Source: Deltaproteobacteria bacterium (lineage in GTDB: Bacteria; Bacillota; Clostridia; Acetivibrionales; UBA4821). Taken from it: a stretch of DNA of 64,000 nt. Position 1 is the first letter of the stretch. The number at the start of each line of letters is the position of its first letter. The notes beneath the pieces were generated by a model. That model was not told the origin of the DNA. It searched no databases and saw nothing but the letters and a program-made list of their open reading frames with translations. Shown piece after piece: positions 30,677 to 42,325 of the stretch. The position numbers were made by a program, and so were the translations under genes. The stretch spans positions 1,569-65,568 of the forward strand of contig JBLMYQ010000029.1 in the NCBI GenBank assembly GCA_050258375.1. The letters are read 5' to 3'.

Positions 30677-33600
30677 CTAAAACACTCCCGCTTCCTCCAG
30701 CATGTATTTAATTATACCCATCATCTGCCCTCTTGAAAATGATTCTGTGGAATTCCAGTCAGTATTTGTATACTGTACTTTTTCACCTGTCATAAGCTCG
30801 CAAAGCCTTAAAACCATTGTTAAAGCCTCTTGCTTAACAGCTGCTTGGCTCATATCAGCAGTATTGATTTTTGCCGTTATTCCTGCTTTTTTTGCAGGAG
30901 TAAGATAATCCTCATCATAATTATAATTCAATATATCAAGAATTATCTTTACAGCTTCTTCCTTGCTGACAGTCTTTGAAGGCTCAAAATTACCATTTCC
31001 AAGACATTTTATATTGTATTTTTCTGTTATAGCCTTAATTTCATTTGCATAATAATTGCCTGAAATATCAGAGAATTTACCCCCACCCATTTTCATTACA
31101 GCAAAATCGCAGCTGCCCGGAATGCTGAAATATACTGTTCCTTCATTATTTAACACATCAAAATTGCTTCCTGTTTCAATTCTAATCCACTGCTGTGCAG
31201 CCGGGTCATAAACTGCACCTGTCATAGCAGCTTTATCGAACCATTTACTATCATAATATGGAAGCTTTACCTTTAAACCTTTAATTGTATAAAATTTTGT
31301 TTTCCCTGAATCAGTTATCATCTCTATTGCCACTTGCCATACATCGGAAACATACGAGCTGCTGTTGGTCTTATTTGTAGGATTTGAAATCTTTTGCAGG
31401 GTTATTTCCATCATGCAATCCGGATTATTTTTAAGCTTATCAAAAACTTGTTTATTTTTTGTTATTTCAGGTGTAATGACAAGCGCTGCAGGTCCATTAT
31501 TCAAAATAAGGTTTTGCTTTTTTTGTTCCAATGCAATAAAAATTCTCGGTGAAATCCTGGTCTTTGATACCTTTACACCCTCTGCATGTTTTGTTTTGCT
31601 TGATTCATCAGGATTTAAACCTTCAAAATTGATTATAAAATCTTTTCCCGAGCTACTTGCAATCCGTTCTATGAGCATATCTGTTTTTTCATGCTTCACA
31701 TCAAGAACCGCAATATCGTCATCTTCTTCATCAAATTCAGGCTTTGGAACTTCTTCTGCTGTAGTTTCTGTATCCGAACCTGTATCATATTCATCAGTAC
31801 TCTTTAAAGTTTTTATAGATATTACTGGTGATGATTGAGAAGTAAGTTTTTTAGCAGGATCATAAGCAAATAACCTTGCATAGTACCGAGTGTTAGGCAG
31901 CAGCTTTTCAACCTTATACTCAGCAAGCTGTTTTGAAGGATATGAAACAGCATCACTAAAGTCCGGCTTCTTTGCTATTTCAAGATTATACTCAAGCATT
32001 GATACATATATCCATTCAAAATTAATGTAATCCTTGCCGACTGAATCCGCAATATTCTTTATACCAAAACCCTTTGGCGGCTCAGGTGGTGCAAATGGCG
32101 ACGTTTTAATGAGATATGAATCGCTCCAATCTGAAATGCTTTCCTGCTCGTTCGCTCCCTTAATTCTCGCTCTAATCCAGAAATAATAAACCGTGTCTGC
32201 TGTTAACCCGGAAATTCTGTATTTAGGTATTACTGCCACATCTTCAGGTTTAACAACAATAGACGTAGTTGCTTTGGTACTATCATCAAAAATTCCATAT
32301 TTAATATCATAATAATAACCGTTAATAACGTTCCAACTTAAATCAACATAAGTATCACCTTTATATTGATAATTAATTACGGGAATTGCTGGCTTTGGCA
32401 TAGGAACCTCATAATCAGGTCTTGTGCTTATAATTATCGGGTCGGAAACATGAGATTTTAATGAATCAGATCTGTAAGCCCTCATCCAAAAAACATATGC
32501 AGTATTTGATTGTAATCCATCTACAGTGTATTCAATAGTGGTTGATGCTGTATTATTTGCTATATCTTTAATTTGCATTGGCATTGGAGCTGTTGTTTCT
32601 AGAAGCCTCGAAAAATCAAAGCTATTAGAATACACTTCATAACCTACGCTGAATTTTATGTCCGGAGAATAGATTACAGACCTGTATACCGCTCCAGCTA
32701 CTGCTGCCGCTGCAACATCCTCATCCGCAAGGTAAATCCATTTTGAATCAGCTTGATTCCATCTTTCATACCACTGATTCTTCCACTCAAGAGTTATAGA
32801 TTTTGATGTTGTAGCATCAACCTTCTTTCCATTTACAGTATTTGTTTTCACTTTAAATGGTGGAACTGACGGTATCACTGGTTGGTCAATCGCTCCATTC
32901 GGAAGGGTAACAAAGACCTTCAAAGCAGGTTCAGAAACAACTGTACTTGTAGAGTTGTTAACAGAGTAAGTCTTTTTCGCTATCATTTTAAGATAATATA
33001 CTGTATTGGGCTCAAGCTTTGATAATATATGTTTAAACCCAATTACTCTATCTCCCGTCATGTTTCCTATTTTCTCATAAACATAATCGGCAACCCCCAC
33101 CTTCAAATTGGCAGCTGCAGGGTTTTGACTATTATTATCAATATCAGCCGAATTTTTAAGCGCCCATATATCATAAACCACATCGGTATCTACATTACCT
33201 GTCGGTAAATATGGTGCTTCCCAAAGCAGCTCTATCCTGTCAGAGCCGATTTGTGTATGCTGCTGCGTAGGGTCGTCAAGAATTTGCGGAACCGGGGGAA
33301 TAGCTATTACTTCGCTTTCTTTGGCAGCAATCTTATCAGATACAACACTAATTGTAGAACCAAGCTGACTAACCAAATCCGCTTTAATCCTAAAATATGT
33401 ATTATCTGAAGGAACCTTAACAAGCAAGCTTGTATCCTTTGTTGCCGCTATCTCTTTTTCAAGATCTCCATCTACACTTCTGATTACTTTATAAAGAACC
33501 TCTTCATTCTGACCAAGATTTGTATTTGTTATGGCATTCCATTGAAGCTTCCACCAATCTGAAGAAGTTTTATTTATTTCGGTTTTTATATTTGTAAAGC

Positions 33601-34321
33601 CTACTGCAGATGCTGAAACAGGCAGGATTACTACCTTGTCATCATTTACAACAGTTCTGATTTTAATATAGTATATTGTACTTGGTTTTAAATCAACTGC
33701 ATTATAGAAAAGCTTGGTTCCTTGTATCTGCACAGCTTTACCTTCTCCAATATCTGCACTACTCACATGTATTGGAGAGGTTTCTGCAAAAGAAGCACTT
33801 TCCGAAATATATACATAATAGCTTACGCTGGCCGCTTTGTAATCAACATTATCCCATCTTATATTTAAGGTTTCATTATTTCCCGGCTCAACTGTAATCT
33901 TGGTATCTGTAACAAAAGTAATCTCCAAAGAGCTTCCCATATGCTTTTCAGCAGGCTGATCATGCTCATGTACCGCAGTAAGGTACGCATAATAAACAGT
34001 ACCGGATTTCAAGTTATCTATTTCAATATTAGTACTGCTTTTATCAATATTACCGCCATATATTTGATAATCAGTGTCATTTTCAGTACGATAATGCAGC
34101 TCATAATACTGTTTATCTCCACCCCATACCGCAGGAGCAGCCCAGGTTAGCTTTGCATAATAGCCTTTTTCCGGGGAATAAGATATTGCAGGCCGGCCAT
34201 TTTCTGTCGCTACAGCAAGGTTCGTAGGCGTCGCCTGTTCAGCTGCATATACTTTAAAGCACCCAAGCGGGATAATTTGTAAAACCATTAGAACTGCAAG
34301 TACAATCGCAATTTTCTTCAT
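30677..34321 (-). CDS. Large secreted multi-FN3 protein with C-terminal SLH-like region (1214 aa)
   Basis: Signal peptide. Repeated L.P.T.YY motifs (LKSGTVYY, LKPSTIYY, LEPNTVYY, LLPNTRYY). C-terminal FSDI...FEPSKTVSKEEA. Confidence 0.85.
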   Translation of the reverse strand: MKKIAIVLAVLMVLQIIPLGCFKVYAAEQATPTNLAVATENGRPAISYSPEKGYYAKLTWAAPAVWGGDKQYYELHYRTENDTDYQIYGGNIDKSSTNIEIDNLKSGTVYYAYLTAVHEHDQPAEKHMGSSLEITFVTDTKITVEPGNNETLNIRWDNVDYKAASVSYYVYISESASFAETSPIHVSSADIGEGKAVQIQGTKLFYNAVDLKPSTIYYIKIRTVVNDDKVVILPVSASAVGFTNIKTEINKTSSDWWKLQWNAITNTNLGQNEEVLYKVIRSVDGDLEKEIAATKDTSLLVKVPSDNTYFRIKADLVSQLGSTISVVSDKIAAKESEVIAIPPVPQILDDPTQQHTQIGSDRIELLWEAPYLPTGNVDTDVVYDIWALKNSADIDNNSQNPAAANLKVGVADYVYEKIGNMTGDRVIGFKHILSKLEPNTVYYLKMIAKKTYSVNNSTSTVVSEPALKVFVTLPNGAIDQPVIPSVPPFKVKTNTVNGKKVDATTSKSITLEWKNQWYERWNQADSKWIYLADEDVAAAAVAGAVYRSVIYSPDIKFSVGYEVYSNSFDFSRLLETTAPMPMQIKDIANNTASTTIEYTVDGLQSNTAYVFWMRAYRSDSLKSHVSDPIIISTRPDYEVPMPKPAIPVINYQYKGDTYVDLSWNVINGYYYDIKYGIFDDSTKATTSIVVKPEDVAVIPKYRISGLTADTVYYFWIRARIKGANEQESISDWSDSYLIKTSPFAPPEPPKGFGIKNIADSVGKDYINFEWIYVSMLEYNLEIAKKPDFSDAVSYPSKQLAEYKVEKLLPNTRYYARLFAYDPAKKLTSQSSPVISIKTLKSTDEYDTGSDTETTAEEVPKPEFDEEDDDIAVLDVKHEKTDMLIERIASSSGKDFIINFEGLNPDESSKTKHAEGVKVSKTRISPRIFIALEQKKQNLILNNGPAALVITPEITKNKQVFDKLKNNPDCMMEITLQKISNPTNKTNSSSYVSDVWQVAIEMITDSGKTKFYTIKGLKVKLPYYDSKWFDKAAMTGAVYDPAAQQWIRIETGSNFDVLNNEGTVYFSIPGSCDFAVMKMGGGKFSDISGNYYANEIKAITEKYNIKCLGNGNFEPSKTVSKEEAVKIILDILNYNYDEDYLTPAKKAGITAKINTADMSQAAVKQEALTMVLRLCELMTGEKVQYTNTDWNSTESFSRGQMMGIIKYMLEEAGVF

Positions 34322-34335
34322 AGTTGTCTCCTTGT

Positions 34336-37300
34336 TTATATTTCCCCTAGTAAAGTAAGTGTTCTGACAATCATTGAAAGTGCATCTTCAATACTTATTT
34401 GCCCTTTTGGCTGAATTCTTTTTGAAGAATCAGGAGTAATAACTTTAAGATCAACTGCCATAATTACAGCTTTATAATAAGCAGGGTTAATACTCTTATA
34501 ATCAGATAAGTCTATAGTTTTTGTAGGTTTATATGTATTTTCGGAAACCCCTGTCTTTACAGCATACATTCTCATCGCAAGATATGCCGCTTCTTCTCTT
34601 GTCAGCTTATGTGAATCTCCCAGCATTCTGAAGCTTGAATTCAGGTTAAGCTTTTCTGTCATTTTAGAAACCATCAGCTCATCCGATGCTTCTTCACCAA
34701 ATATTTTTTGAATTACTCCCAGAAGCTGCTTCACATTAACAATCTCCTGCCCATTAAGACTTCCATTGCTTGTCAGGATTGATGCAATATCATATTTCAT
34801 ATCAAGCTTGGTAAGCTGCTCACTCACCTGCCCATTTGAAGCTTTTATAGACGAAGTATTTTTCAATATTGCAAAGCTTCCTGTTCGTTTTATTTCAAAA
34901 TCAACAGTATTTTCATCATAATCAATTGAACTGGTCAGTTTCACCCATTCTTTGTCCCTGTATATGTATGCATTGTAATATAAAATCCCGGCTAATGGTG
35001 TATATATATACTTAAAGCCAATAGGGCCACTTAAAAAGGTAACATCTTCAGGACCTTCTTCAACAGCATCATCAATTTCTTCATCAACGTATTCACCTAA
35101 ATCTTCCAATATTTCTGCTCTGTATTCATTTATAAGCTTTGTAAGCTCCTTAGAGGTATCCTTGTCTTTTTCTGACTCGTCCTGGAAATCAGAAAGCTTA
35201 TCATTAAGTATATCGGTCAGTTCACTATCAATAGCTTGATCCATTTTCGTTTCTGTCATATCCATTCCGAGAACTTCCATTTCGAATTTCAATACATCAG
35301 AAGCAAGCAGGTCCTTTTTAGAAGAAACATCCGAACCTGTCTTCCCCATGTTTTCGAAAATCAGCCTGACATAAATATCCTTGATTGAAGGACTCTCACT
35401 TAAAATATCATTTTTCATTTCTGCAATTTTTAAATTATTATCATCTATCATTCCAGGTTTTAAGTAGACTTCTCCAAAACCCGTTCTTATAATCAAGGTT
35501 TCCTTGTAATTATTTATATAATTAAATACTCCATAAGGTACTATTATTTCATTGTTCTCTGAAGCCTTCTTGTCTTCATCCTCTTCATCAGGCGCTCTTT
35601 TGAAATAGCCCATATCTATAGTAAGAGTTTTTGAATTGTCATTCGTCATATGGTTTATTACTCTGGCTTCTCTTAGTTTTATTTTTGTATCTTCGTTGGT
35701 ATTATCAATAATCCAATAAAGTCCGTATCTAATATCCTTCATCTCTTCATTGAATATTGTTTCATCATTCTTATCTTTTTGATTGTCCTCATAATCAGAT
35801 TGTCTGAACTCAGTTCTCGAAACAATAGGTCCGACAAACTTTGAAAACACGGTTTGTGTACTCCCTGCAGCTGTAAATGTATTTCTTGCCTTAATGTAGT
35901 ATCTTGTATTCGACTTTAATTGATTAATAATTGCATAGTTCATTCTTAAGTCAGTCCCTGCTAAATCATTAGGCTTATCATGAGTTATTACAGTATTGGT
36001 CCACAAGGTATAATCAGTATCCGTTTCAGATTTTACCCATATTTGCCCATCATAAGTTTCCTTTGACCTCCACTGAACTTTAAGTGCAGTATAAGCGTTA
36101 AAGGTCTTGTCCGAAACAAAAGAAAATATTTCCGGACTTTCCAGTATATTTGTTGTAACCGGAAGGGTAATCCATTCTGAAACGTTGTAAGAGCCATCCT
36201 GCAAAAGCCTTTCGGTTCTTAAACTAAAATAATATATCGTATTCGGCTGCAATCTTTGCATTGTATAAACAAACTTGCCTACAGAATCAGGTGTCATAGG
36301 ATTTGAAAGCCCACAATCCAAAAAATTATATTGTGCATCAGCTTGAATTTCTGCAACAGTTGCATTTTGGGCAATTGCCTTTGAAGTTCTGATTAATCTG
36401 TAAGTTACACCGTCTTGCTGCTTAGTCCATTTCAATGTTACTTCATTGCTTTTAAGCTTTTGATTTCCTAAAGCATCAACATCTATACCAAAATCTGCAG
36501 ATGCCTTCGGTTTAATTGCTTCATCGCCAGGCTCTTCAATATCTCCTCTTTTTGTAGTTACAGGAACAACATAAGAAAAATCAGAGTAGCTTGAATCTGC
36601 GGCACCATCAACATCAAGCTTTAGTCTAATTGTAAAATAATAAGTTGTATCTGGCTTAACAGCCGGGCCGAATCTTGCAACAACATTCGGCTTTCCAGCA
36701 AAGCTGTTTATTGTAGCTCTTCTTGCATTGTAATTCAAGCCTGCCGCCGGGGTATCCGGATAATTTCCTAAATATATAAATGAATTGTAATTTCCATTTG
36801 CGTCTCTGTTAAGTGAATCACTGATATATACGTCATAGGTAACTGTATAATCGGTATTGGGAGCAAAGTTATAATTAGTAATGTTAATATCTGCTTTTTG
36901 CCATACCAGCCCGATTTCATTAGTTGAAACTGATTCCATGCCAAAATAGCTTGGTACCGGAGGCTTTCTTGTTTCTCCGGGGGTTGTAAAGCTTGCCGGT
37001 AAAGAATAGTCAGATTTTAATCCGCTTGTTATCTTTTCTGAATAAATTTTTACATAATAAATTTTATTAAGTCTCAACCTTGCAGGATAATTATCACCAA
37101 AACCATCATAATCCTGTAAAAGCTGTAAACCATTCAAATTATATTTTACATATCCATCTTCAGAAAAATCCAAATCGCTTTCATTTACAATTTTTACGGT
37201 CCTGTATCTTATATCATAAGGTTTGCCATTAATAACCTCCTGATAATATGTTCCATCTCCATCAGTAGAATCTTTTTTGTTAAGGCTTACAAGAATATAA

Positions 37301-38625
37301 TATCTTAGCTCATCATTATCCAAGCCCTTTGGCTTTTCCCATTTCAACCTTGCAGCAGCTCCTGTATCGGTTCCATTTGTAATCAAACCGGTTCCTGTAA
37401 CAGTCAAATTTTGAGGTATAGGAGGCTTTGCCTCTTCACCTGCCATATTGTACTGTATTATTGCTGATTGAATGCTGTCTAAATTATCAGATTTTGCATA
37501 AACCTTATAATAGTATGTGGAAGTATTATTTTTTCGTGGAAGGAAAATTTCAATTGGTTTTGACAAATCTCCATACTGTTCAAATTCATATCCTTCAAGA
37601 GAAGGTGTCATCATACCCGAATCTGAGCTTGAATAAACCTCATATTTAAAGTTAATAACTTCAGTACCATCGTTGGTATCATAGTTTATTCGGTCAATTG
37701 TACATGTAATATTATTATTAGAATCCTTTCCTATCTTTACATGCAGTGGCGAAGAAGCATATCCATGATTTAGTACTGATGCTTTGCTTATTGTCTTCCC
37801 AATTGATACGTTGTTAGCATTTTTCAAAGTAGTATTAAATTGTGGATAAAGCTTCATATAATATACGGTTCCAGCCTTTAATGAATCATCATTAATGACC
37901 TTTGAGGCGAAATTTTTGTATTTCCACCAGTCATAGGATAAAACTCCATTAGTTATATCAGCATCATAAACAAGCTTTGAAACAGAAGGCTCGCCTTGTT
38001 TTACTACATCATAATTATCAGGAGAACCGCCTCCATCATAAAAGACCTCATAATTTCCGACATTCATAGCTGCCTTATCAGTACCCGCGCCTACAATATA
38101 GTCAATTTTATTTGAATCTATAGTAACAAAATCAGAACCATCCCAAATTTGTGGAATTTCCCATTGAAGCTTAAACCCAGGGTTCAAACCCCCTTCACTA
38201 TTAGAAGCTGATGATGGACTTATATCCGAGCATGAAAAATTCATATTGCCGGTAAGAACATTCAATTGGTTATCAGTTACTGAAATATCTGCTCCCATAC
38301 TGTCTTTTGCTTTAACCGCAAAATGATAAATCCGGTTTGGTGAAAGACCTGTTATTGTATAAGTTGCAGCAGTAACAGTAATATCCTTACTTGGTCCCAG
38401 GTCATCTCTTGAAATTACATAGTTAGAAGCTCCTGCTATTGAGTTCCAATACAGAACAACACTGTTATCACTAATTATGTATTCGTTATTCTCATCCTTT
38501 ACTCCATCCAAATCCATATCTGCCGGTCCGGCTGCATTTGCAGGCAAAGGCAATATTCCACTGAATATTGATACAAATAAGCTTAAAATAAGTAAAAAAG
38601 AAAGAATTCTTTTGGACTTTTTCAT
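34336..38625 (-). CDS. Large secreted multi-FN3 protein with C-terminal SLH-like region (1429 aa)
   Basis: Signal peptide. GLSPNRIY, LQPNTIYY, LKSNTRYY. C-terminal LTREEAA...QPKGQISIEDA. Confidence 0.85.
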   Translation of the reverse strand: MKKSKRILSFLLILSLFVSIFSGILPLPANAAGPADMDLDGVKDENNEYIISDNSVVLYWNSIAGASNYVISRDDLGPSKDITVTAATYTITGLSPNRIYHFAVKAKDSMGADISVTDNQLNVLTGNMNFSCSDISPSSASNSEGGLNPGFKLQWEIPQIWDGSDFVTIDSNKIDYIVGAGTDKAAMNVGNYEVFYDGGGSPDNYDVVKQGEPSVSKLVYDADITNGVLSYDWWKYKNFASKVINDDSLKAGTVYYMKLYPQFNTTLKNANNVSIGKTISKASVLNHGYASSPLHVKIGKDSNNNITCTIDRINYDTNDGTEVINFKYEVYSSSDSGMMTPSLEGYEFEQYGDLSKPIEIFLPRKNNTSTYYYKVYAKSDNLDSIQSAIIQYNMAGEEAKPPIPQNLTVTGTGLITNGTDTGAAARLKWEKPKGLDNDELRYYILVSLNKKDSTDGDGTYYQEVINGKPYDIRYRTVKIVNESDLDFSEDGYVKYNLNGLQLLQDYDGFGDNYPARLRLNKIYYVKIYSEKITSGLKSDYSLPASFTTPGETRKPPVPSYFGMESVSTNEIGLVWQKADINITNYNFAPNTDYTVTYDVYISDSLNRDANGNYNSFIYLGNYPDTPAAGLNYNARRATINSFAGKPNVVARFGPAVKPDTTYYFTIRLKLDVDGAADSSYSDFSYVVPVTTKRGDIEEPGDEAIKPKASADFGIDVDALGNQKLKSNEVTLKWTKQQDGVTYRLIRTSKAIAQNATVAEIQADAQYNFLDCGLSNPMTPDSVGKFVYTMQRLQPNTIYYFSLRTERLLQDGSYNVSEWITLPVTTNILESPEIFSFVSDKTFNAYTALKVQWRSKETYDGQIWVKSETDTDYTLWTNTVITHDKPNDLAGTDLRMNYAIINQLKSNTRYYIKARNTFTAAGSTQTVFSKFVGPIVSRTEFRQSDYEDNQKDKNDETIFNEEMKDIRYGLYWIIDNTNEDTKIKLREARVINHMTNDNSKTLTIDMGYFKRAPDEEDEDKKASENNEIIVPYGVFNYINNYKETLIIRTGFGEVYLKPGMIDDNNLKIAEMKNDILSESPSIKDIYVRLIFENMGKTGSDVSSKKDLLASDVLKFEMEVLGMDMTETKMDQAIDSELTDILNDKLSDFQDESEKDKDTSKELTKLINEYRAEILEDLGEYVDEEIDDAVEEGPEDVTFLSGPIGFKYIYTPLAGILYYNAYIYRDKEWVKLTSSIDYDENTVDFEIKRTGSFAILKNTSSIKASNGQVSEQLTKLDMKYDIASILTSNGSLNGQEIVNVKQLLGVIQKIFGEEASDELMVSKMTEKLNLNSSFRMLGDSHKLTREEAAYLAMRMYAVKTGVSENTYKPTKTIDLSDYKSINPAYYKAVIMAVDLKVITPDSSKRIQPKGQISIEDALSMIVRTLTLLGEI

Positions 38626-38673
38626 TTGAATATGCTCCTCCTTGGGTTTAAAGACAATAAATTGTCATATCTT

Positions 38674-38702
38674 ATATCGGCAAAAACAAGAAATTAATAT
38701 AG
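38674..38702 (-). promoter_or_regulatory. Putative SigD (sigma-28) promoter of the FN3/SLH cluster
   Basis: CTATA-N16-GCCGATAT. -10 perfect, -35 imperfect. Confidence 0.45.
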
Positions 38703-38842
38703 ATTTTCACAAGAAATCCTGTGATTTTTGATTTCTGAATTTTCTATGATATAATTATACAAGATTTGGCGCTTTCTCGCCATACCTGGTATTTTTTCCC
38801 TCGACAAATTATCTGAGCAATATTCTAAGGAGGAATTCATTT

Positions 38843-39391
38843 ATGTCAAAAGCAAAACTCTTATCATTTTTATTTGTATTTCTTACTCTTTTTATGCTTT
38901 CCGCTTGCAATGAAAACAACAATAATGACCAGCCTAGTCAGAAAAATTCATCAATCCAGCCTCAAAACATTCAGGATATCACTAATGATATCGAAAAAGA
39001 CCAAGTTAATCTTGATAATCTGGAAAGTAATAATGGGAAAACAGATACCAGCAAATCTCACCCCGTTAATAAATTTGATTTAGCATCAGACTATCTTTTA
39101 AAAGAGGTTCCTGAGATAGATAAATTCCGTAAGGATATAGAAAATAACAATAAAAGCAATGATTTCAAGAGCCGCTTTATCATTAGATTAGACAGCTCTC
39201 CTAATCCAAATTCAACTGATAAATACGCAAAAGACTATTTTGAAATCTATGTAGGAGAAGATTTAGGTGATCATACATCCAGATGGAATTCATTTCTAGT
39301 TAGGCAGGATTTAAAAGAAATATTGGTCGACGATGTTATTTCGGGAGAATGGATAAGTTTAGAAGAATGGCGGGCAAAACAAAATCAATAG
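38843..39391 (+). CDS. Hypothetical lipoprotein
   Basis: AAGGAGG RBS, lipobox LSAC, N/Q-rich linker. Confidence 0.75.
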   Translation: MSKAKLLSFLFVFLTLFMLSACNENNNNDQPSQKNSSIQPQNIQDITNDIEKDQVNLDNLESNNGKTDTSKSHPVNKFDLASDYLLKEVPEIDKFRKDIENNNKSNDFKSRFIIRLDSSPNPNSTDKYAKDYFEIYVGEDLGDHTSRWNSFLVRQDLKEILVDDVISGEWISLEEWRAKQNQ

Positions 39392-39394
39392 TAA

Positions 39395-39428
39395 AATGGC
39401 AGGCTTTATGCCTGCCATTCATTTTTTT
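39395..39428. terminator. Terminator between the lipoprotein gene and atpC
   Basis: aatggcaggc-tttat-gcctgccatt. Confidence 0.75.
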
Positions 39429-39831
39429 ATTTTATTTGATTTGTTACTTTTAATCTTGCAAGTGCTCTTGCCAGAGAAGCTTGCGATCTTATATATTCCA
39501 AGTATGCCAACTTCTGTTGAAGTCTCTCTTCTGCCCTCTCCTTAGCAGCTTTCGCCCTGTTTATGTCAATTTCTTCAGGCCATTCAGCTGTATCAACAAG
39601 CAAAATTGTTTTTTCGCTGGTTACCTCCATAAACCCCGGAGTAGCAGCTGCTTCTTTCCATACTCCATCCACAAGAAATCTGATATCTCCTGAATCAACT
39701 GCTATTACAGCTGGTTCATGGTCTTTCAATATACCAATTTCTCCATCTGGAGTATGCACTATAATCATTTCTGCTTGACCCTCAAAGAATTTCCTTTCGG
39801 GAGTTACTATTTCAAGATAAAATGTTGACAT
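39427..39831 (-). CDS. atpC: F1Fo ATP synthase epsilon
   Basis: [28 protein letters not shown]. Confidence 0.97.
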   Translation of the reverse strand: MSTFYLEIVTPERKFFEGQAEMIIVHTPDGEIGILKDHEPAVIAVDSGDIRFLVDGVWKEAAATPGFMEVTSEKTILLVDTAEWPEEIDINRAKAAKERAEERLQQKLAYLEYIRSQASLARALARLKVTNQIK

Positions 39832-39843
39832 TTTTCATACCCC

Positions 39844-41238
<1,395 letters not shown>

Positions 41239-41339
41239 TTACACTCCTTCTAAGTTATTTCTAGTTCTAACCCCCATTGGTCCTTGACCGTATTCCCCCT
41301 ATTAGGGAGGCTGGCGTGAAACGTCTGGAGGGCTAGCTA

Positions 41340-42209
41340 TTAAAGCACGGCCGCTCCTCCAACTATTTCAGATATTTCCTGAGTAATTGCAGCCTGACGC
41401 GCTCTGTTATATGACAACGTAAGCTTTTTAATCATTTTATCAGCATTTGATGTAGCACTATCCATTGCTGTCATCTTGGCACTCATTTCACTTGTAAAAG
41501 ATTCTACCAACGCCCCATACAAAAGACCTTTGAGATATTTAGGTACCAATATATCAAAAACTGCATTGGGTGAAGGCTCATACAAGAATGTCGCCCTTCT
41601 CGGAGTAGTTAAATCAACACCCTTTAGATTATCAACATCTAATGGAAGTATTTTAATAACTTGTGGCTCAAGTTTAAGTGCACTTACCATTTGGGTATAC
41701 ACTAAATAAACCTCATCGATATTCCCATTTACGAACTCATCAATTACTACTTCGCCAATTTCTCTTGCCCTGTATACTGATGGATTCTGCGAAGGATAAG
41801 CATATTCGTTAAAGATATTATATGATTTCCTCTTAAAATAACTATGTGTCATATTACCAATTGTCAGAATAACCGAATCATTTTTATCCTTTATGGTTTT
41901 TTCAGCAAGTTTTAGAACATTGGAATTATATCCACCTGCCAGTCCTCTATCCCCTGCAATTACAATATACATTGTCTTCTTTTCTGGCTTGGATTCTCTT
42001 TGTTCAAAGTATTTTACTTCTATATCTCTTGTACGAAGCAATATATCAGCTATTGTTTCCTGTACCTTGTTAAAAAACGGAAGTGTCTGCTCCAACTGCT
42101 GTCTGGATTTCTTCAGTTTTTGTGCTGCCATAAGCTTCATAGCTTTAGTAATCTTTTTGGTTTCTTTTATGCTTTTCATTCTAAGCTTAATTTCTCTAGC
42201 ACTAGCCAT
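41340..42209 (-). CDS. atpG: F1Fo ATP synthase gamma
   Basis: KITKAMK, DRGLAGGYN, NRARQAAITQEISEI. Confidence 0.99.
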   Translation of the reverse strand: MASAREIKLRMKSIKETKKITKAMKLMAAQKLKKSRQQLEQTLPFFNKVQETIADILLRTRDIEVKYFEQRESKPEKKTMYIVIAGDRGLAGGYNSNVLKLAEKTIKDKNDSVILTIGNMTHSYFKRKSYNIFNEYAYPSQNPSVYRAREIGEVVIDEFVNGNIDEVYLVYTQMVSALKLEPQVIKILPLDVDNLKGVDLTTPRRATFLYEPSPNAVFDILVPKYLKGLLYGALVESFTSEMSAKMTAMDSATSNADKMIKKLTLSYNRARQAAITQEISEIVGGAAVL

Positions 42210-42234
42210 TTCTGTTCTCACCTACCCTTTTTTG

Positions 42235-42321
42235 TAGTGTAAAGTTGATAGTGCAAAATTTAAAGTTGAAAATCTTAAATTATGAAATTAACCTTATCTT
42301 TTACACTTTACATTTTACACT
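42235..42321. repeat. Inverted heptamer-repeat element (atpA-atpG)
   Basis: agtgtaa agttgat agtgcaa aatttaa agttgaa ... ttttacac tttacat tttacact. Confidence 0.85.
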
Positions 42322-42325
42322 GATT

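Noticed and set aside
29737..38625. Cellulosome scaffoldin or anchoring proteins
   Set aside because: No cohesin repeats, dockerin duplications or CBM3 signature were recognised.
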